In this document: in pieces, positions 8,039 to 16,140 of the stretch
Position numbering within the stretch: the first letter of the stretch is position 1
Layout: every line of letters begins with the position of its first letter
NCBI GenBank assembly: GCA_009692385.1
Contig: SHZH01000006.1
Coordinates: forward strand, 1,407-25,406
Source: Gammaproteobacteria bacterium
GTDB taxonomy: Bacteria; Pseudomonadota; Gammaproteobacteria; JABDGN01
Length of the DNA: 24,000 nucleotides
Direction: 5' to 3'
Notes under the pieces: generated by a model
What the model was told of the DNA's origin: nothing
What the model saw: only the letters and a program-made list of their open reading frames with translations
The model's database searches: none
Translations under genes and position numbers: made by a program

Positions 8039-8842
8039 ATGGATACTTTAGAACGACCAACAGTGAATGAACAAAATCATAGAAAGCCATTTTTTGCTGT
8101 AAAAGAAATATTATTCGTTGGTACAACGTTATTAGCAATTTTTACTGGACTATTTTTAATAACCGGTTGGGGATATCAATTAGGATGGTCGTACATATTT
8201 AATTATTCTCCAGATTGGAACAGTATATCAATAATTAATTTACGGTTAGATGGGTTTAATGTTTTTGAAAAATACAAATATACGCTTGGCTTATACACTT
8301 GTGGTGTTGGACTACTATTTTTTCTTCTTTTCGAAGCTTTAAGAAAAACAAAAGAAATATGTAGGTCTATATTCGTAGTAAATTTAAGCAAACTATTTTC
8401 ATCTTTAATAATATTCATAGTTAGTGTATGGTTGATAAACATATTTTTAGATTACGGAATGGATTATGGTAAATCTAGAGCCTTATATAATATGTCGCAA
8501 TATAATGTTTCTTTTAAGAATCAAAATAATATAGTTCCTTTCATGTCAGGGGGTGTGCAAATCTATGATAAGAAAGATGTGCTATATAATGGCTATATAA
8601 TAAATGGCACTGCGGAAAATGGTGTTATTTATGCCTCAGTCAATGTAAATGATATTCCAGCAACTTATGTTATAAAAGATTCACTTATGAAATCCCCGAT
8701 AAGTTTTCCTACGGTTTATTATGATAAATTCATTGCCTGCATGAAATCCAAAAACAAAAATTTCTCTTATGTGATAATAAAAAGCGATCCAAATGTTAAA
8801 GAGTGTTGCACCTTAGCTTTTAAAGATGTAATTCAATGCTAG
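8039..8842 (+). CDS. Hypothetical membrane protein (orphan, AT-rich)
   Basis: This is a 267-aa ORF with about three hydrophobic helices in the N-terminal half and a polar, N/K/Y-rich C-terminal domain with paired Cys near the end. I recognise no family. It is the only long ORF in this interval. Confidence 0.55.
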   Translation: MDTLERPTVNEQNHRKPFFAVKEILFVGTTLLAIFTGLFLITGWGYQLGWSYIFNYSPDWNSISIINLRLDGFNVFEKYKYTLGLYTCGVGLLFFLLFEALRKTKEICRSIFVVNLSKLFSSLIIFIVSVWLINIFLDYGMDYGKSRALYNMSQYNVSFKNQNNIVPFMSGGVQIYDKKDVLYNGYIINGTAENGVIYASVNVNDIPATYVIKDSLMKSPISFPTVYYDKFIACMKSKNKNFSYVIIKSDPNVKECCTLAFKDVIQC

Positions 8843-8853
8843 AAATTTTTCTA

Positions 8854-8915
8854 ATTTCACCTCTCCCCTTGTGGGAGAGGTCGAACAAAGCTATGCTTTG
8901 TTCGGGAGAGGGGTA
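8854..8915 (+). repeat. Structured hairpin repeat, copy C
   Basis: The left arm is identical to copy A. The central hairpin is CGAACAAAGC-tat-GCTTTGTTCG and the right arm is GGGAGAGGGGTAT. The copy ends 5 nt before the DUF559 ATG. Confidence 0.9.
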
Positions 8916-8920
8916 TTAAA

Positions 8921-9316
8921 ATGAGCCTACAACATTTTAAAAGGCAATTACGCACTAACCAAACCGATGCTGAAAGCATGCTTTGGTATAATTTGCGTGC
9001 CAAGCGTTTTTGTAACTTTAAATTTCGTCGTCAAGTTCAAATTAGAAAATATATTGTCGATTTTGTTTGTCATGAGCATAAATTAATTATTGAGCTGGAT
9101 GGTGGTCAACATAACGAAACCTTAATTAGACTAAAAGATAATGTTCGAACTAAAGTTTTAGAAAGTGAGGGATATAATGTTATTAGGTTTTGGAATCACG
9201 ATGTATTGCAAAATCGTGACGCAGTTTTAGATAAAATCTTTACGATTTTATCTAACCCCCTCTCCCGCGCTACGCGCGACCTCTCCCACAAGGGGCGAGG
9301 TGAAATAATGCAGTAG
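8921..9316 (+). CDS. DUF559 domain endonuclease-like protein (Vsr-like, PD-(D/E)xK fold)
   Basis: The 131-aa protein contains ..ESMLWYNLRAKRF..FKFRRQ..I..YIVDFVCHEHKLIIELDGGQH......D..R...L...GYNVIRFWN.DV.. This matches the DUF559 pattern with the D...ExD..H motif intact. The C-terminal 20 aa and the stop are encoded by repeat copy D. Confidence 0.85.
   Translation: MSLQHFKRQLRTNQTDAESMLWYNLRAKRFCNFKFRRQVQIRKYIVDFVCHEHKLIIELDGGQHNETLIRLKDNVRTKVLESEGYNVIRFWNHDVLQNRDAVLDKIFTILSNPLSRATRDLSHKGRGEIMQ
9254..9306 (-). repeat. Structured hairpin repeat, copy D (inverted relative to C)
   Basis: The reverse complement is ATTTCACCTCGCCCCTTGTGGGAGAGGTCG-cgcgtagcgcg-GGAGAGGGGGTTA. It has one substitution in the left arm and its central hairpin is nearly identical to copy A. 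Confidence 0.9.
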
Positions 9317-9378
9317 CAAAGGCACTTTATTCCCCTAAGGGGAAAGATAAAATAATTAAATAATATAGGGTAATAAAC

Positions 9379-9981
9379 ATGTCTATTGATAAAATCATCT
9401 GTGTGGGCAAAAACTATCTTGAGCATGCGCGAGAATTGGGCGATGCTATTCCGGAAAAGCCGGTGATTTTTTTAAAGCCGCCGAGCGTATTGCAGCAATG
9501 TAAGGCATGGAATGAGACTATTCAGGTTTCCTATCCGCAGGATCGCGGTGAAGTGCATCATGAAATTGAGATCGTCTTGCAAGTGGGTGACGATGCAAAA
9601 ATTAGTGCCGTAACGATTGGTTTGGACATGACACTGCGCACCGAACAAGCGAAGCTTAAAAAAGCAGGGCATCCCTGGACGACGGGGAAAGTGTTTAAAG
9701 ATGCAGCAATTATTGGGCCTTGGATCAAAATGGCCGATTTCCCTCAGTATCTTTATAACGAATTTAGCTTAACAGTTGATGACGAAATTCGGCAACAAGG
9801 ATATGGTCGAGAAATGACGATGAAACCCGAAGATTTAATTAATTATATTGGCCAATTTTTCCCAATTTGCCCCGGCGATATTATTTTTACGGGAACCCCC
9901 GCAGGTGTGGGTGCTATTTCTGCCTCTAGTTTGGCTACCTTGAAATGGAATAAATACCAATTTAACGTTCAATGGAGCTAA
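9379..9981 (+). CDS. Fumarylacetoacetate hydrolase (FAH) family protein, YcgM-like
   Basis: The 200-aa protein starts ..IICVGKNY.EHA.ELG...P..P..FLKP.S.. and ends with ..PGD.I.TGTP.GVG... This is typical of short FAH-fold hydrolases/decarboxylases. Confidence 0.85.
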   Translation: MSIDKIICVGKNYLEHARELGDAIPEKPVIFLKPPSVLQQCKAWNETIQVSYPQDRGEVHHEIEIVLQVGDDAKISAVTIGLDMTLRTEQAKLKKAGHPWTTGKVFKDAAIIGPWIKMADFPQYLYNEFSLTVDDEIRQQGYGREMTMKPEDLINYIGQFFPICPGDIIFTGTPAGVGAISASSLATLKWNKYQFNVQWS

Positions 9982-9991
9982 ATAATACGTA

Positions 9992-11206
9992 ATGAAATTC
10001 AATATCCCACTATTATTATGGATCACTTTTTTAGATATTTTAGCGCTCAGTGTGTTTTTTGGCACCAGTATTCCGTTAATTTTAGCGCCGAATAGTGTGT
10101 TATTGGGCGCGATGAGCCAACATGATTTGATTTATGGATTTACACTCGCCATCTTGCCGATCGGCCAATTTTTGTTTGCTTCGATTTGGGGACAATTAGC
10201 CGATCAATACGGACGTAAAAGAATTTTAAGTATCACGTTGACTTGCTCAATGTTAGGTTTTTTATTAATGGCTTTGGCAATTGATGAGAAACTATTTTGG
10301 TTATTTATCATTGGACGTACGTTCAGTGCGATCGTCGCCATCAATGGTGCTTTAGCGCAAGCGAGTATGGCCGATTTTTCACAAGGCGTACAAAAAATAA
10401 AACGGTTTAATTTACAATTCATCATGGTTAGTTTTGGTTTTATTTTGGGCCCGTATTTTATTCAATGGACCACACATTATATTCATTTTTCTCATGTGTA
10501 TTGGTGGGTAGGTACGTTTTACGCATTAACAGCACTTGCTGTGGTAGCGAAATTCACAGAAACGTTACAAAACATTTCGCAACAAAAAATCAAATTAACC
10601 GTCAGCTTTCAGCGCATCACAATGCTGTTTAAAGAAAAATCGATCCGCAAAATATTGTTGGTGTGGTTGGTGTTTCAACTTGGCTGGTGTTTGTTTTTTC
10701 AATTTTCCGGTGAGTTTTTATATAGTGGTCGACATTTTTCTAATGAAGCGATCAATCAATTATTTTCTTGGGTGGGTGCAGGGGTGTTGCTCACCCAAAT
10801 TCTTTTCGTACCGCTAGCCGCAAAAAAAATATTACCGGCACAAATTGTCCCCTGGGCGATCATAATCGTTGGCCTAAGTTTATTACTTGGCGGTTTAGTG
10901 CCAATTGGCATGTGGTTTTATTTAACATTGGCATTTTATTGTATTGGCATCGGCTTTTTCCTGACTAACTTTAATGTTTATATTTCCAATTTAACACCCG
11001 CTACGCAACAGGGTCGTATTATGTCGATGTTGACAGCGGCACAGGCTGCCATGACCATTGTGGTAACTCTGTGTGGTAATTTTATCGCGACAAAATACTT
11101 AGCAACGCCTTATGTGATCGGCGGTGCTATTATTCTATTGAGTATAATTTTTTGGTTGTATGCTAAAAATGGTAGGTTGGCTTACGCGAAGCAAGCCAAC
11201 AATTAG
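9992..11206 (+). CDS. MFS transporter, DHA1/Tet-like family
   Basis: This is a 404-aa, 12-TM protein with an N-terminal arrangement like TetA (..LD.L......P.L....; G.L.D.YGRKR.L). It lies 10 nt downstream of the FAH gene, so co-transcription is likely. Confidence 0.8.
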   Translation: MKFNIPLLLWITFLDILALSVFFGTSIPLILAPNSVLLGAMSQHDLIYGFTLAILPIGQFLFASIWGQLADQYGRKRILSITLTCSMLGFLLMALAIDEKLFWLFIIGRTFSAIVAINGALAQASMADFSQGVQKIKRFNLQFIMVSFGFILGPYFIQWTTHYIHFSHVYWWVGTFYALTALAVVAKFTETLQNISQQKIKLTVSFQRITMLFKEKSIRKILLVWLVFQLGWCLFFQFSGEFLYSGRHFSNEAINQLFSWVGAGVLLTQILFVPLAAKKILPAQIVPWAIIIVGLSLLLGGLVPIGMWFYLTLAFYCIGIGFFLTNFNVYISNLTPATQQGRIMSMLTAAQAAMTIVVTLCGNFIATKYLATPYVIGGAIILLSIIFWLYAKNGRLAYAKQANN

Positions 11207-11210
11207 CCTG

Positions 11211-11789
11211 CTAAATTTCACCACTGACAAAATGTTTGTGACAGACTGAGATATAGCGATCATTACCACCAATTTCAACTTGTGCCCCGGTGCGTACCGG
11301 TTTCTGATCTTCATCAATACGCAACACCATGGTCGCTTTGCTGCCACAATGGCAAATGGTTTTGATTTCTATTAGGTCTTGCGCCCAGCATAATAAATAT
11401 TTACTGCCTTCGAATGGTTCACCTTGGAAGTCAGTACGTAAGCCATAACACAAAACCGGAATGCGTAATAGATCCGCAACACTGGCTAATTGCTCAACCT
11501 GTTTTTTGGTTAAAAAGTGCGTCTCATCCACTAAGATACATTTTATTTTTGGATCGTTGTTTATCGCATTTTGGATATACGTGAAAAAATCGAAATCACG
11601 ATCAAAGGTGATCGCATCTGCTTCTAAGCCGATACGTGATGCCACCTTACCGATTTTGTGGCGATTATCAAACGCGGGGGTGAAGATCAGGGTATGCATA
11701 CCCCGTTCGTGATAGTTATAGTTAGATTGCAGTAAAGTCGTGCTTTTGCCTGCGTTCATCGCTGAGTAATAAAAATAAAGTTTTGCCAT
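11211..11789 (-). CDS. tdk: Thymidine kinase
   Basis: [31 protein letters not shown].. is colinear with E. coli Tdk, including [13 protein letters not shown] and the C-terminal Zn-ribbon cysteines (KTICHCG..A....R....CHKH). Confidence 0.95.
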   Translation of the reverse strand: MAKLYFYYSAMNAGKSTTLLQSNYNYHERGMHTLIFTPAFDNRHKIGKVASRIGLEADAITFDRDFDFFTYIQNAINNDPKIKCILVDETHFLTKKQVEQLASVADLLRIPVLCYGLRTDFQGEPFEGSKYLLCWAQDLIEIKTICHCGSKATMVLRIDEDQKPVRTGAQVEIGGNDRYISVCHKHFVSGEI

Positions 11790-11831
11790 AGGGAGTATGG
11801 TAGCGTAAATTAATCGAACTGCAAAGAGATC

Positions 11832-12590
11832 TCAATAACCACTGGAGTTGGTTGTACCTTCTAACAAATTATTCAGCAAGCTACTGGCACCGATGCGAAA
11901 CGTTTGGGGTGTTACCCAATTTTCGCCCATGATAGACTGAGCGAGTTGGATGTACTGTGCGGCCTGCTCAGCGGTGCGAATGCCACCGGATACTTTAAGT
12001 CCTAAAGTCTGAGGCGTTTTAGGTTGATAATTCTTGATGGCGTTGAGCATAATTTCTGCCGCTTCAATCGTCGCACCGACGGGAACTTTACCGGTCGAGG
12101 TTTTGAGAAAATCAGCGCCTGCAGAGAGAGCATCATTACTGGCAGCAGCAATAATTTTTGGATCTTTTAATTCACCCGTTTCTAAAATCACTTTCACAAT
12201 TTTGTCACCACACGCTTTTTTCACCGCACGAACTAAATTGATCGCTCTATCAATTTCATTGGCCCGATCGCCATTCAGATACGATTTATACGGCCAAACC
12301 ACATCAATTTCATCCGCACCGTCAAACAGGGCCGCTTTAACATCATCAAGCACTTCATCCACATTTTCAGTGCCACTAGGAAAATTGACAACGGTCGCAA
12401 CTTTAATTCCCGTATCTTTAAGTTGCCGTATGGAAAAATCAACAAAACTTAAATACACACATACCGCCGCTACGTTGCCGAGCGGTGTAATGGCCCGATC
12501 ACATAAAGTGCGAATATCGTCATTCGTATCCGTGTCATTTAAACTGGTATAATCCAGACAGTTTATCGCTAATTTTTTAAGATCGATCAT
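11832..12590 (-). CDS. deoC: Deoxyribose-phosphate aldolase (long, E. coli-type)
   Basis: The protein is colinear with E. coli DeoC (LDYTSLND.DT, AAVCVY, ATVVNFP.G, DEIDVV.PY, K.ILETGEL, GADFLKTSTGK, LKVSGG.RT, FRIGASSLL). Confidence 0.93.
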   Translation of the reverse strand: MIDLKKLAINCLDYTSLNDTDTNDDIRTLCDRAITPLGNVAAVCVYLSFVDFSIRQLKDTGIKVATVVNFPSGTENVDEVLDDVKAALFDGADEIDVVWPYKSYLNGDRANEIDRAINLVRAVKKACGDKIVKVILETGELKDPKIIAAASNDALSAGADFLKTSTGKVPVGATIEAAEIMLNAIKNYQPKTPQTLGLKVSGGIRTAEQAAQYIQLAQSIMGENWVTPQTFRIGASSLLNNLLEGTTNSSGY

Positions 12591-12625
12591 ATTAATCTTT
12601 TCCTTTCATAATTCCCCTCTCCCGT

Positions 12626-13474
12626 TTATGGGATAGGGATAGGGTTATCATTGGCAAAACTTCCCACAAAATTTCCAACTAAGCGTAACATCGAGCCTGA
12701 GGCGACTGCTGCATATTTCAAGGTTTCGGCATGTGTAATTTCGGTATTGCTTAAACCAGCCGCGTAATTAGTTACAGCAGAAACGACCACCGTGCGCAAA
12801 CCACAGTGGCGTGCAATGATCACTTCGGGTACCGTTGACATTCCTACCGCCGAAGCACCCCACATCATAAAAGCGCGGATTTCAGCAGGTGTTTCAAACG
12901 TGGGACCTAATGTGGCAATCAATATTCCTTGATGCAAGGTAATATTTTGTTGTTCGGCTATTTTTAGCATACGTTGGCGTAACTCAGGATCATAAGCATG
13001 ATCTAAACCGATAAAACGCGGTCCAAATTCGTCATCGTTGATCCCGACTAAAGGATTGGTAAATTGAAAATTGATGTGATCTGTGATCATCATCAAGCTT
13101 CCCGGCCCCGCATCCATATTCATCGAGCCAACGGCGTTGGTTGCAAGCAACAGTTCACAGCCGAGTAATTTCAAGGTGCGCACTAAAATTTGCACTACCG
13201 GTTTTTCAACGCCTTCATAAAAATGGACGCGACCTTGTAAACAAGCGACGGGTACACCTTGTAAGTAACCCATTACTAAACGTCCGGCATGACCGGAAAC
13301 CGTTGACGTGCCAAATTCAGGTAATTCATCATAAGGAATGATCATCGGATCAGTAATGTGATCCGCTAATCCACCTAAACCAGAGCCGAGAATAATACCA
13401 ATCTTAGGTTTGAAATCAGGAAAGCGAGCTTTAATAGCGCGGGTCGCGCGACCTTGTTTAGAATTCGTGGCCAT
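12626..13474 (-). CDS. Purine nucleoside phosphorylase, trimeric PunA/XapA (PNP family 2) type
   Basis: Diagnostic blocks are ..IGIILGSGLG.L.., F..STV.GH.G.LV.G...G..V....GR.H.YEG and ..GP.FET.AE......GA..VGMSTVPE... The start is set at ATG 13474 (MATNSK) with a GAGG 7 nt upstream. The track start at 13486 is a TTG. Confidence 0.9.
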   Translation of the reverse strand: MATNSKQGRATRAIKARFPDFKPKIGIILGSGLGGLADHITDPMIIPYDELPEFGTSTVSGHAGRLVMGYLQGVPVACLQGRVHFYEGVEKPVVQILVRTLKLLGCELLLATNAVGSMNMDAGPGSLMMITDHINFQFTNPLVGINDDEFGPRFIGLDHAYDPELRQRMLKIAEQQNITLHQGILIATLGPTFETPAEIRAFMMWGASAVGMSTVPEVIIARHCGLRTVVVSAVTNYAAGLSNTEITHAETLKYAAVASGSMLRLVGNFVGSFANDNPIPIP

Positions 13475-13610
13475 AAGATACCTCAAAAATTTTGTTGGGC
13501 AAACTATAACATAATTTTTAGGCCTTTGTTTTTTATAAAACCCAATGGGTGTGAAAATCGCGCCCCAATATATGATATTATTATCGACTTTATTCAGGAG
13601 ACCCTACAAC

Positions 13611-14246
13611 GTGAAAAAACTATTAGCAATTTTTATATTAGTAACACTGCCTTTTATTTTTAATAATGTTTCTGCAGAAACGTTTGTAGCGGGTAAAGAT
13701 TACACCGTGATCAATGCGGATGCGCCGAAGCAAAACCCAGTGCAGGTCATTGAGTTTTTTAATTATGGTTGCCCATGGTGTGCTTTTATCGATCCAACGG
13801 TTGAAAAATGGATCCAACACAAACCGCGTAATGTTGAATTCAAACGCGTGCCTTTAGCGTTTGAGTCAGGTTGGGGTACGTATGCAAAAGCCTATTACTT
13901 AGCTAAAGCCTTAAAGATCGAAAACAAAATCACGCCGTTATTATTCACTGCTATTCATGGTAGCGACAATACCCAAAATAATGATCTGTCTTCTACTGCA
14001 GCGATCACGGATTTTTTTGTGAAACAAGGTGTTAAGCAATCGGCAGTTGAAAATGCGATGAATAGCGCCTCACCGAGCATGACCTTGCAATTGCAAGAAG
14101 GACCGCGCATGATGAAACAATATAGTATTACGACAATGCCGACGTTTATGGTGGGTGAAAAATATCGGGTTGGTTTGGATCAAGCCAAAACACCCGAACG
14201 CTTAATGGAAATTGTGGATTATTTAGTGAAATTGGATAATAAATAA
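13611..14246 (+). CDS. dsbA: Periplasmic thiol:disulfide oxidoreductase DsbA family (active site CPWC)
   Basis: A signal peptide (VKKLLAIFILVTLPFIFNNVSA|E) is followed by ..EFFNYGCPWCAF.. and the DsbA-type helical insertion, ending in ..TMPTF.V..KY... The start is set at GTG 13611 with an AGGAG 9 nt upstream. Confidence 0.85.
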   Translation: MKKLLAIFILVTLPFIFNNVSAETFVAGKDYTVINADAPKQNPVQVIEFFNYGCPWCAFIDPTVEKWIQHKPRNVEFKRVPLAFESGWGTYAKAYYLAKALKIENKITPLLFTAIHGSDNTQNNDLSSTAAITDFFVKQGVKQSAVENAMNSASPSMTLQLQEGPRMMKQYSITTMPTFMVGEKYRVGLDQAKTPERLMEIVDYLVKLDNK

Positions 14247-14321
14247 GTTTATATTGAGCTATTAAAATAAATATTGATTATATTAAAATTCATAGTAGAA
14301 TACACCTTAAGGGAAAACAAT

Positions 14322-14573
14322 ATGATAGATAACAAGCGGCTCAATGAGTTGTCGGAACGGTTGGCTAATGCGGTGCCAGAGTCTGTTAAAAAAACGGGTG
14401 ACGAAATTAAGCAAAGTTTTATTAAAATTTTGCAGACCGGTTTTTCTAAATTAGATTTTGTAACGCGTGAAGAATTTGATGTGCAAACCAAGGTATTAGC
14501 ACGCACCCGTGAAAAATTAACGACCTTAGAAAAACAACTTACTGAGTTTGAAGAAAAACAAAAAGCTTACTAA
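14322..14573 (+). CDS. ubiK: Ubiquinone biosynthesis accessory factor UbiK (YqiC/BMFP family)
   Basis: MIDNKRLNELS....P........LDFVTREEFDVQTKVLARTREKLTTLEKQL.. is colinear with E. coli YqiC. The start is set at the internal ATG 14322 (the MID.. N-terminus is conserved), not at the track start 14274. Confidence 0.85.
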   Translation: MIDNKRLNELSERLANAVPESVKKTGDEIKQSFIKILQTGFSKLDFVTREEFDVQTKVLARTREKLTTLEKQLTEFEEKQKAY

Positions 14574-14634
14574 CTAATGGTTGGTGGGCATCTATTCTTC
14601 GCACAAGTACGAAGAATAGTGAGCGAGCTCACTA

Positions 14635-16140
14635 ATGAACCTAGCAATTTTATATTCTCGTGGCCAACTCGGCATTCACGCGACTCCGATCATCATCGAA
14701 ACCCATCTCGCCAATGGGTTGCCGAAATTCTTAATGGTCGGTTTACCTGAAGCGGCGGTGAAAGAAAGTAAAGATCGTGTGCGCAGTGCGATCATCAATA
14801 GTCAATTTACCTTTCCCGCACGTCATATCACGGTAAATTTAGCACCTGCTGAATTACCCAAGGAAGGTGCCCGCTTTGATCTGCCCATTGCCTTAGGAAT
14901 TTTATTAGCCTCAAAGCAATTACAGGGTACCGATACCGATGAATACGAATTTGTGGGTGAGTTAGCGTTGTCGGGCGAACTCCGACCGATCCGCGGCGTG
15001 TTACCGATTGCTATCGCCACGCACCGGGCCAAACGTAAATTAATTTTACCCAGTGAGAATGCAGCTGAGGCGCGATTGATCAAAGGTTTAGAAATTTTTC
15101 CAGCCGATCATTTGTTACAAGTGTGTGCGCATTTGATCGGTAAGCAAAAAATTACGCCGTACACTGAAGATATTGTGGTACAAAAAAATCTCAGTGCTTT
15201 GGATCTGTGTGATGTCAGCGGTCAACCGCAAGCACGCCGTGCACTGGAAATTGCGGCAGCTGGTGGTCATAGTTTATTAATGTGTGGTCCACCTGGTACA
15301 GGTAAAACCATGTTAGCCAGTCGCTTAGGAACTATTTTGCCACCGATGACCTTGGATGCGGCGTTTGAAGTCGCTGCGGTGGCATCCATTACCGGTCGCG
15401 GTTTTAGCATAACGCAATGGCAACATCGACCGTTTCGCAATCCACATCACACCGCATCGAGCGTAGCGTTAGTCGGAGGTGGTAGACCACCCCGACCTGG
15501 CGAAATTTCTTTGGCGCATCAAGGTGTTTTATTTTTAGATGAATTACCCGAATTTAAACGCAGTGTGCTCGAAGCACTACGCGAACCACTTGAATCCGGC
15601 ACAATTATGATTTCACGTGCGGCACAACAAGTCGAATTTCCGGCACAGTTTCAATTAATTGCTGCAATGAATCCGTGCCCCTGTGGTTACCTCAGCGATC
15701 CACGCAGTAATTGTCGCTGCACCGAAGAACAAGTACAACGTTATCGCGCGCGGATCTCTGGTCCATTATTAGATCGTATTGACATGCATCTGGATGTCAC
15801 CCGCATACCACAAAGTGTGTTGCTCAAAGCCAATGAGCAAGAAAATGAATCGTCCGCCGTGGTGCAAGAGCGTGTCGTTAAAGCCCGCAATAAACAACTC
15901 GAACGCAGCGGAAAAGCGAATGTACAACTCACCAGTAAGGAATTAAACAGCGTTGCATCGCTCACACTCGATCAACAAGATTGGCTCGCCAAAGCCATGG
16001 AAAAATTACATCTCTCGGCGCGTAGCTATCATCGCTTGCTCCGCGTCACCCGCACCATCGCCGATCTGGCCAATAGTGATATCATTCAAATGTCACATCT
16101 CAGCGAAGCTCTTAATTATCGCAGCAAGATCAATCAATAG
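14635..16140 (+). CDS. comM: YifB/ComM family Mg-chelatase-like AAA+ ATPase
   Basis: The 501-aa protein has an N-terminal Lon-protease-like domain (..VE.HL.NGLP.F..VGLP..AVKES..RV), a Walker A (GPPGTGKTMLA), a Walker B (GVLFLDELPEF), a Zn-ribbon (NPCPCGY......C.C) and a C-terminal ..SAR.Y.R.LRV.RTIADL.. block. Confidence 0.95.
   Translation: MNLAILYSRGQLGIHATPIIIETHLANGLPKFLMVGLPEAAVKESKDRVRSAIINSQFTFPARHITVNLAPAELPKEGARFDLPIALGILLASKQLQGTDTDEYEFVGELALSGELRPIRGVLPIAIATHRAKRKLILPSENAAEARLIKGLEIFPADHLLQVCAHLIGKQKITPYTEDIVVQKNLSALDLCDVSGQPQARRALEIAAAGGHSLLMCGPPGTGKTMLASRLGTILPPMTLDAAFEVAAVASITGRGFSITQWQHRPFRNPHHTASSVALVGGGRPPRPGEISLAHQGVLFLDELPEFKRSVLEALREPLESGTIMISRAAQQVEFPAQFQLIAAMNPCPCGYLSDPRSNCRCTEEQVQRYRARISGPLLDRIDMHLDVTRIPQSVLLKANEQENESSAVVQERVVKARNKQLERSGKANVQLTSKELNSVASLTLDQQDWLAKAMEKLHLSARSYHRLLRVTRTIADLANSDIIQMSHLSEALNYRSKINQ

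Noticed and set aside
7747-9306. Possibility that the four repeat copies are a small CRISPR array
   Set aside because: The copies alternate in orientation. The intervals between them are 51, 942 and 338 bp, two of which contain whole genes. There is no cas gene or leader. This does not fit CRISPR architecture.
9330-9344. Hairpin TTCCCC-taa-GGGGAA after the DUF559 gene as a terminator
   Set aside because: No T-run follows on either strand and the stem is only 6 bp. It may be structural, but a terminator call is not supported.
9196-9426. 76-aa minus-strand ORF containing ..PRPLWERSRVARERG..
   Set aside because: The peptide is simply repeat copy D read on the opposite strand, and it overlaps both the DUF559 3' end and the FAH gene start. 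It is an artefact of the stop-poor GC-rich repeat.
12034-12552. 172-aa plus-strand ORF opposite deoC
   Set aside because: This is a shadow ORF of a strongly supported gene. Its Ser/Ala/Thr-rich translation is typical of antisense frames.
12612-12624. Motif CCCCTCTCCCG between deoC and the PNP gene resembling the right arm of the hairpin repeat
   Set aside because: The match is only about 12 nt, with no left arm or central hairpin. It overlaps sequence encoding the PNP C-terminus (..NPIPIP*). This is too short to call a repeat copy.
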